Below the pieces are notes generated by a model. The model was not told the origin of the DNA and did not search any database. It worked only from the letters and a program-made list of their open reading frames with translations. Shown here piece by piece: positions 57,721-64,000 of a stretch of 64,000 nucleotides of DNA (the first letter of the stretch is position 1; each line of letters starts with the position of its first letter). Origin of the DNA: Verrucomicrobiota bacterium (lineage in GTDB: Bacteria > Verrucomicrobiota > Verrucomicrobiia > Chthoniobacterales > JAFAMB01); assembly GCA_019247695.1 (NCBI GenBank), contig JAFBAP010000156.1, forward strand, positions 10,298 to 74,297, in the 5' to 3' direction. The position numbers were made by a program, and so were the translations under genes.

Positions 57721-58242
57721 ATGCGTTCATTTCTTGTGATCTGTGCGTTTTGGTTCGGCTGCACGCTGGCCGGTATGGCCTCGGCCGATTTCAACGGGAC
57801 CTGGGTGGTCGATCTCACGGCCTCGGATTCTCCAGAGCCGATTCTCAAGCGCCTGGGCGCATCGTGGTTCCAGCGGAGACTGGCCACCTCCCTGAAAGTC
57901 GAGGCAACTTACCGCCAGACCAAAGACCGGCTCACCATCCTGACCCGAGCGCCGGCATTTTCGCGAACGGAAGAATTCTGGCTGGATGGACGGCCGGTGA
58001 CGAAGAAGGAATCGCTTACGGGACCCTATACGGAACGGACCTTCTGGTCCGCTGACGGCGCCCGGTTAATCTCGATCAGCGCCTTTCGAACCAAGGACGG
58101 TAAAGACGCAAGGCTCCGGGTCGCGCGCCAACTGGCTGATAAGGGCGGCACCTTGCTCCTCGGTGAGACCCTGGACGTAGCCGGCGAACCGCCGCAACCG
58201 GTCGTGCGGCGGATTTGGCACCGGAAAGGCGCTGCGGACTGA
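57721..58242 (+). CDS. Secreted calycin/FABP-like beta-barrel protein
   Basis: Signal peptide, then DFNGTW, helix pair (EPILKRLGASWFQRRLA), beta strands and C-terminal RRIWHR. Confidence 0.65.
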   Translation: MRSFLVICAFWFGCTLAGMASADFNGTWVVDLTASDSPEPILKRLGASWFQRRLATSLKVEATYRQTKDRLTILTRAPAFSRTEEFWLDGRPVTKKESLTGPYTERTFWSADGARLISISAFRTKDGKDARLRVARQLADKGGTLLLGETLDVAGEPPQPVVRRIWHRKGAAD

Positions 58243-58318
58243 CTGAGCCGGCGACGATTCGATTTGGGGCCGGCCCGGTTTTGTTCCGCCTGCCGCCGCT
58301 TCGCAAGCCAGGGAGCGA

Positions 58319-59638
58319 TCAGTCCGCCGAGACGAGCGTCCGCAGGCCTCTCAGCGGCGAGAAGCATGCCAGGAGACAACCAGCCGCCCAGCCGCAAGCC
58401 ACCAGCACCAAGGTGGTGCGAATACCTATGCAGCCTCCCAGCCACCCCCCAAACAAAGCGCCGAATGGCATCACGCCGGTCACGCAAAATCGAAATGCGC
58501 CATTCATTTTGCCGAGCATTCGCTTTGGCGTCAGCGTCTGGCGGATCGTCCAGGCGTAGACGGTAATGGCCGATCCGGCTACACTCAGCACAAAATAGGC
58601 GCCGGTTAACAAAATCATGCCGGGCAGGTTTCCGTCGTGCGCCGCGGGAAAGCAGAAGGCGGCTAACGATGAGAGCAGGCAGGTAACGATCACGAGCGGA
58701 CCCGGGCCGATGATAGGCCCGACTCGTTGTGCGGCCAATGCTCCGGTGATCGCGCCCAATCCTCCCAGACTGACAATGACGCCGAACAGCCCGGGGCGGA
58801 TGCCTAACTCGCGAGTTACAAAAAGCACGAGCACTGCCATGACCGCATTCATAAAGAAATTTTGAAGACTCAGAAGCCAGAGTAAGGCGCGAATGTGAGT
58901 CTGTTTGGTCACGAAGCGGAATCCTTCCACGATCTGGCTGATCATCAGGTGATGAGGAGTGAACCGCTTCTCCTCACGGTGATCAATCTGAAGGATGCTG
59001 AATGCGCATAATAGGTAGGTGAATGAGTCGATGAGAACGGCGGCCGGTGCGCCCAGGATCTCAACCAGTACACCGGCAAAACCCGGCCCGGCCGATTGGC
59101 CGAGCGAATATGACAACATGATCTTTGCGTTCGCGCCGACTAATTGGTCCCGGTTCACGATCTCCGGAACGTACGTCTGGTAGGACATCTCAAAGATGGT
59201 CTTGAGCGATCCCATCGCAAACATCAGGAAATACAAGGCTTCCAAACGCAAAAAACCCGCCAGCGCCGCGATTGGTACCAAGGTAAGCACGGCGCTTTGT
59301 ACGACGTTCGTGGAAATCATCAGCAGCCGGCGGATGCCGAAATCGGCCCAGACGCCGGCCGGCAGCGTGAAAATCAGGAAGGGGGCAAACTCCGCGGCCC
59401 GAAGTAAGCCCATCTGCGCAGGGTTCGCATGCAGCGTCATCGCTGCAAGCAGCGGGATGGCGAAAGCGGTAACCTGTGAGCCTAATGTGGAAACCGTTTG
59501 ACCTAACCAGAAACAACCGAAAGCGCGGTTCAGGTAAAACGGCGGGCGTGGCGGGGGGAGGGAAGGCGCAACGGGAGCTTCAAGCAGTCTCACCTTGCGC
59601 GGCACCCTCCTGGTTTGGAGCTTGAAACGGCCGCTCAA
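58319..59638 (-). CDS. MFS transporter (MFS_3/MefA-like)
   Basis: WLGQTVSTLG, LPAGVWAD, PEIV..L..AN, about 12 TMs; start uncertain. Confidence 0.85.
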   Translation of the reverse strand: MSGRFKLQTRRVPRKVRLLEAPVAPSLPPPRPPFYLNRAFGCFWLGQTVSTLGSQVTAFAIPLLAAMTLHANPAQMGLLRAAEFAPFLIFTLPAGVWADFGIRRLLMISTNVVQSAVLTLVPIAALAGFLRLEALYFLMFAMGSLKTIFEMSYQTYVPEIVNRDQLVGANAKIMLSYSLGQSAGPGFAGVLVEILGAPAAVLIDSFTYLLCAFSILQIDHREEKRFTPHHLMISQIVEGFRFVTKQTHIRALLWLLSLQNFFMNAVMAVLVLFVTRELGIRPGLFGVIVSLGGLGAITGALAAQRVGPIIGPGPLVIVTCLLSSLAAFCFPAAHDGNLPGMILLTGAYFVLSVAGSAITVYAWTIRQTLTPKRMLGKMNGAFRFCVTGVMPFGALFGGWLGGCIGIRTTLVLVACGWAAGCLLACFSPLRGLRTLVSAD

Positions 59639-59823
59639 CGCTGGCTCGCCCGGAAATCCCTGTCATCTTGTGAGTTAAAAGGTTCAATGTGCGGATATTC
59701 TGTTTTTCATGTCCGGATATGACAACCTGACGCCGGTACCGGGCCTGCCCCTAAAGGCGACCAACAAGGATCTCGCCCGTCGCGCCGCATACAGCAGCGC
59801 GACCAAAAGAAAGATCCGGAAAC

Positions 59824-59882
59824 GCGCCACCCGACATCCTCTATTTGTGGCATTTTTCCGCTTGTGCCATTTGTGGCATTTT
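59824..59882. repeat. Double AATGCCACAAAT motif immediately after the NADAR stop codon
   Basis: ATTTGTGGCATTT at 59843 and 59869, plus GCCACCCGACA. Confidence 0.7.
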
Positions 59883-59883
59883 A

Positions 59884-60354
59884 CTAGGCTGCCGCCCGGA
59901 CGGCGGGTTTGCGGGGCGCCGCGAGTTCGGCCCTTAGCCGCATCAGCAGTATCCCAAGGCGATTTCGTCCGGACCGGTCGGGACCGGCCCCCCATTGGGC
60001 GTCGTCCGGCGAATCGTTGATAAGCTGGGCATCGCCCGTCAGGATCAACTGGCCGGCCAGGTGCGGATGCTGGGTGAATTTGGCCCGCAGCGCCCGGTAC
60101 ATGATGGCCTCCCTCACGTCGTGCCAGTCCGCACGCAACGGCAAGCAAGGGTTTCGCCCCAGCTCAACCGCCCGCCGGGCCGTGACGGCACGCCGGATGA
60201 TCTCCTGGAGATCAAACTCAAGGAACTTCTGAGCCTGATAATAATGTTCTACGGTCGGCCAACGACGGTCATCCAGTTCGATCGGGTGATCGGACGCATT
60301 ACAAAGCATGCCGTGAGGACACGCGAGGTCGTTCCGGAAAAAGATTCGTTGCAT
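59884..60354 (-). CDS. NADAR/YbiA-family N-glycosidase
   Basis: WPTVEHYYQAQKF, LRADW, KFTQHP, SPDDAQWG, GRNRLGILLM. Confidence 0.9.
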   Translation of the reverse strand: MQRIFFRNDLACPHGMLCNASDHPIELDDRRWPTVEHYYQAQKFLEFDLQEIIRRAVTARRAVELGRNPCLPLRADWHDVREAIMYRALRAKFTQHPHLAGQLILTGDAQLINDSPDDAQWGAGPDRSGRNRLGILLMRLRAELAAPRKPAVRAAA

Positions 60355-60736
60355 TTTAAAGGTTGATCAGGTGGTTCGGGACCGCAGTACCCATGAAACC
60401 AGCGACGCAATCGCGGAAGAATTAAGCCTCTTTGCACATTGCCAGAAACTTAACGCCGTCTTCAGATTGATCCGGACGTCCGCGGAAGCGCACGGCAAAC
60501 GTTCCATTCGCCTTGAGCAAAGAGAACAGAACCGCCGCCTTAAATAGATTTCGAAACAGGTTCCATGCCGCATCCCTCTTGGCTCCCCCGAAAACCTGCG
60601 CGGCCTTATGCGACCGCGCTTCCGGCCGGAGCCCAGAAGCCGCACGCTTGAACGATTTGAATCGCTTACAACGTAACCCCATTATAATGCCGGGCAGCCA
60701 ATCTGTCCAGTCTTGCAGCCCCGTAAACAAAGTGAC

Positions 60737-61798
60737 ATGAAAAACGTTGCGCGCGGTCCTGCCGTTCAGAGTCCGTCCACCAAAGCCGCCATTCTGCCGA
60801 AGCCAAGCGGCTCAACCGGCTGGTTTAGAGGAAACGGCTTCCTGCTTGGGTTGGGCGTAGCCGTCGTCCTTGGATTCGTCTTTCCGCAGGGGGGCGCCCG
60901 GAACGGGGTATTGCACCCGGAACTTGTCGGTGATTCGGGCATCGCGCTGATCCTGTTCCTGCAAGGGCTCTCGATTCCCCTAAACAAGATGCGCACCGGC
61001 GCCGGCAACTGGCGGCTGCATGCGACCATTCAAACCTTCACATTCATCGTGTTCCCGCTGGTCGGTCTGGCCTTCGCCGCCGTCATACCTCGGATGTGGC
61101 CCGATGAACCGCCCCCGATCCGCGCGGGTATGCTCTACCTTTGCGTGCTGCCCTCGACCGTGTCGACCTCGGTTGTGCTGACCGCCGTAGCGGGAGGTAA
61201 CGTGGCCGGTGCGATCTTCAGTGCAGCCTTTTCAAACATCATCGGCGTCGTCCTGACCCCGGTCTGCGTGCAGTTCCTGATGTCCACCACCGGTCAGCAT
61301 GGGCACTTCGGCGCCTTGCTGGGCCAAATCCTCCTGCTTACCCTGGTGCCCTTCACCATCGGCATGCTGGTGCGCCCCTTCGTCTGGCAATTTGTCGACG
61401 CGAACAAGCGTTGGGTTAACTGGATCAGCAATGCCGTGATCCTGTTTATCGTCTACAGCGCGTTCTCCGACTCCGTCCAAAACCGGATCTGGCAAAAGTT
61501 CGGCTACGGGCTGACGCTCGGCGTCCTGGCCATGATCATCGCGCTCTACGTTACCATTTCCTGTTTGGTCCAGTTGGCGAGTCACTGGCTGAAACTCAAT
61601 CGTGAGGATTTCATCGCGGCTTACTTCTGTTCCGTGAAAAAAACGCTCGCCATGGGAGTGCCGCTGGCGATCCTCATCTTCGGGACTCGCGCCGACCTGA
61701 GCCTGATCCTTTTGCCGATCATGTTTTATCACCCGTTCCAGCTTCTGGTGAACGGTATCCTGGCAAATCGTTGGGCCGGACAGACGGCGCCCCGATAA
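60737..61798 (+). CDS. Bile acid:sodium symporter family (SBF-like/YfeH)
   Basis: LPSTVSTSV, AGGNV, KKTLAMGVP, YHPFQL. Confidence 0.88.
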   Translation: MKNVARGPAVQSPSTKAAILPKPSGSTGWFRGNGFLLGLGVAVVLGFVFPQGGARNGVLHPELVGDSGIALILFLQGLSIPLNKMRTGAGNWRLHATIQTFTFIVFPLVGLAFAAVIPRMWPDEPPPIRAGMLYLCVLPSTVSTSVVLTAVAGGNVAGAIFSAAFSNIIGVVLTPVCVQFLMSTTGQHGHFGALLGQILLLTLVPFTIGMLVRPFVWQFVDANKRWVNWISNAVILFIVYSAFSDSVQNRIWQKFGYGLTLGVLAMIIALYVTISCLVQLASHWLKLNREDFIAAYFCSVKKTLAMGVPLAILIFGTRADLSLILLPIMFYHPFQLLVNGILANRWAGQTAPR

Positions 61799-61888
61799 TT
61801 GCCCGGCGTCGGGGAACTTGCGAACCTACTTGCGAAACGGCGCCATGCTGTCAAGCTTGGTGTAGGACACGGGAAAGTCTTTCGTAAA

Positions 61889-62164
61889 ATGCAGGGAACC
61901 AAAAAGAAATCACGCATGGTCCTGTCGGAAACTATCAGGACCGCATTGCCCGCCCTGGGGATCATCGCAGTTGGCATCTGGACGCAGTTTTCCAGGGTTC
62001 CTGACCCGCAACCAGCGCCGGACCCGGCTGTTTCTGATACCTTTGAGACCTTTAACGCCTTGGCGCCCGCCGTGGCCGTGGAACCAGGGGATCCACCCGA
62101 TAACGACGCGGCTCCCACTGTGCCGGACTTCTCGCCGGCTTCGCCCGATGCAGATAACGTCTGA
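61889..62164 (+). CDS. Small hypothetical membrane protein
   Basis: One TM plus acidic/Pro-rich tail; start uncertain. Confidence 0.4.
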   Translation: MQGTKKKSRMVLSETIRTALPALGIIAVGIWTQFSRVPDPQPAPDPAVSDTFETFNALAPAVAVEPGDPPDNDAAPTVPDFSPASPDADNV

Positions 62165-62237
62165 GCGGAGCGGGCCCAGAAAAAGTTCTGAATTTACCGC
62201 CGCGGCAAGAGCGCCTGGAAGAGGCTTGGTTGGATTT

Positions 62238-62365
62238 GCTGAAGGGGCGGCAGCAAATACGAGCGACACCTTCCCTGCCGGCCCTTCAGACCTCCGACGA
62301 GGAAGAGGACCGCTTCCCAGGGATATAAACCCTGGGCTGAGTCCTGCCGCTTCTTCGGCGCTAAA
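62238..62365. repeat. REP-like element
   Basis: CTGAAGGGGCGGCAG..CTGCCGGCCCTTCAG and CCCAGGGATATAAACCCTGGG (62316-36). Confidence 0.7.
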
Positions 62366-62642
62366 ATCGGTTCACCCGCGCAACGAGCCGCTCAACCAAC
62401 TCGAAAACGGGTGTAAGGACGGCCGCCGGTGCATAGGTGTTAGGAGCCATCGATAAAGATAAAGGTAATTGAGAGTAGATCCCGCCGGTTTCTCGAAAAC
62501 CCGCTTTCTCTCGTCCTCTCAGCATCCCAGGCCGGTTGTACCTAACCGGTTCACCTTCCAGAATGCCCGGAGAACTACCTCTTTCCTCGGGAATTGTCCT
62601 ACCTTATCAATAGGATTTAGGGCTGCCAGCCGGCCCCCGATA

Positions 62643-63287
62643 CTACGCATTTATCCCGCGAACAGCTTTCGTTTTCCGCGCGGCATCCGCGGCGCGCCAG
62701 AGGTACCATGCAGCCGTCGTGCGATGCGGGCGCCAGCGTTCCCCCAGCAGATGCAACTCTTTTGCGGAAGGCAGTGCCGGCAAATCGTACGCGATCCGGT
62801 AACCGTTGCGTACCCCGAAGTCGTCCACGGGCCATACATCGGCGCGGCCAAGTTTAAAAATCAGCATCATCTCGACCGTCCACCGGCCCACCCCGCGTAC
62901 CTGCGTGAGGCGCGCGATGATCTCGTCGTCCGTCATTCGCGCGATCGCACGAGAACTCGGGACGACGCCGGCAACGGTCTTTTCGGCGATATCTCGCAAC
63001 GCGGCGATCTTCGCCCGGGAAAAGCCGGCCCCACGCAGCGCCTCATCGGAAATCGCGGCAAGGTCCGCCGGACCCGGAAAACGCTTTCCCGGAAAAAGCG
63101 CTCGGAACCGGCCCAGGATGCTCTCGGCCGCCGTACCGTTCAATTGCTGATGAGCGACGGCGCGCACCAGCGATTCGAAGGGTGAACGGCGCGGGTCGGC
63201 CACGAGCCTGCAGTCGCCGTGTTCGCGGATCAGGCGATCCATGGTGCTGCACTGGCTTGAAAGGTGTCGCAGGGCGTCAGGAGTCAT
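62643..63287 (-). CDS. alkA: DNA-3-methyladenine glycosylase II (HhH-GPD)
   Basis: HQQL, GFSRAK, RGVGRWTVEM, DVWPVDD, WRPHRT.AAWYLW. Confidence 0.85.
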   Translation of the reverse strand: MTPDALRHLSSQCSTMDRLIREHGDCRLVADPRRSPFESLVRAVAHQQLNGTAAESILGRFRALFPGKRFPGPADLAAISDEALRGAGFSRAKIAALRDIAEKTVAGVVPSSRAIARMTDDEIIARLTQVRGVGRWTVEMMLIFKLGRADVWPVDDFGVRNGYRIAYDLPALPSAKELHLLGERWRPHRTTAAWYLWRAADAARKTKAVRGINA

Positions 63288-63655
63288 TTTTTATCATCAT
63301 AAACCCGGCCGGATACCCGTGCCGCTGCGTCCGCGCAAAAAACCAATCCTCAAATCGCAGAATTGATTTGCAACAACTCAATCTATAAAATTTATGGTGC
63401 TGGTGCAACTCCTCCCGATTTCCTTCGTCTCACCCAAAAGCATTATTGTTCTACCTCCCGCTTTCTGATGTCGTGCCGTGTGCAGGCGGATGAAGTTTAT
63501 CGGCCTGTTCATCGGAGGTAAGCACTGCCCGTTTGGCGGGGGACGTTCGCCGCGTCGCCTGATTACCCGATTGTCCATGCCTGACTGCCTGAGCGCCTGA
63601 TCGCCTCACTAATTACTATCACCATCACCATCGCCACGAGAACTTCGCGTTCTGC

Positions 63656-64000
63656 ATGACCATGAGGCCGTCGCAACTCCAAGACCTCGACCGTTTATCA
63701 GAATCGCTGCATGACTTGTACTCACCGGTGAGCGCAGCGGAATTTCCGGAACGTTTGTTCCGCCTTCTGCGCAGGTTTATCGCCTGCGACTATTGCTCCT
63801 ACAGCGAACAGGTTGGTGCGCAGACGCAGCGCATGGCGACCTGTCCGGCCTGCATGGACGAGATCAAACTCGAGATCTTTAACCGCTACCTTCATCAACA
63901 CCCGTCGCTGCGGGCCGTCCGGGCCACGGGCACCCAGGCAGCCGTGAAGATCTCCGATTTTGTCACCCTGACCGAATGGCGCCGGACTGACCTGTACGAT
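63656..64000 (+). CDS. Probable LuxR-family regulator N-terminal sensory (GAF-like) region, partial
   Basis: Not in ORF track. Manual translation: MTMRPSQLQDLDRLSESLHDLY...YLHQHPSL...AVKISDFVTLTEWRRTDLYD. Open to the window end. Confidence 0.55.
   Translation, partial: MTMRPSQLQDLDRLSESLHDLYSPVSAAEFPERLFRLLRRFIACDYCSYSEQVGAQTQRMATCPACMDEIKLEIFNRYLHQHPSLRAVRATGTQAAVKISDFVTLTEWRRTDLYD

Noticed and set aside
23587-60354. SLOG, NYN and NADAR genes as one defence island
   Set aside because: They are dispersed over 37 kb among housekeeping genes with no operonic link
63616-63640. CAC/CAT run as a His-attenuator leader peptide
   Set aside because: In the His-coding frame there is no start codon after the upstream TGA, and the downstream gene is unrelated to histidine biosynthesis
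1-64000. tRNA, rRNA, transposase, integrase, prophage or DGR
   Set aside because: No recognisable signatures by eye; a covariance-model and HMM scan would be needed to exclude divergent cases

Overview
High-GC bacterial chromosomal segment. Gene content and protein signatures point to Verrucomicrobiota, probably Chthoniobacterales-like (inference). Positions 1-20.2 kb are core: a TPR protein, cysK, phhB, rnpB (RNase P RNA) and the str-S10-spc-alpha ribosomal superoperon. The superoperon has no tuf, rpsN or rpmD and ends at rpsD without rpoA/rplQ. Several r-proteins carry long Ala/Pro-rich extensions, SecY has an extra C-terminal hydrophobic segment, and adk survives only as a deleted, nonsense-containing, frameshifted pseudogene absent from the ORF track. 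Positions 20-64 kb are a mosaic of metabolic and envelope genes: cimA, nifS/iscS, mqnE, a KS/CLF pair, mntR, a kinase-pseudokinase-PEGA protein, rfaD, a U32/RlhA-like protein, transporters and alkA. Intergenic regions hold at least three families of non-coding repeats: REP/REPIN-like palindromes, AATGCCACAAAT-ended elements with 7- and 9-mer tandem units, and a GGGACAGRYCC array upstream of a NYN nuclease. The most notable items are the adk pseudogene, an orphan traKLM/stbABC-like module, a secreted FABP-like protein, the gene-boundary repeat system, and recurrent apparently leaderless promoters with C-initiated -10 boxes. I saw no tRNA, rRNA, CRISPR array or transposase.
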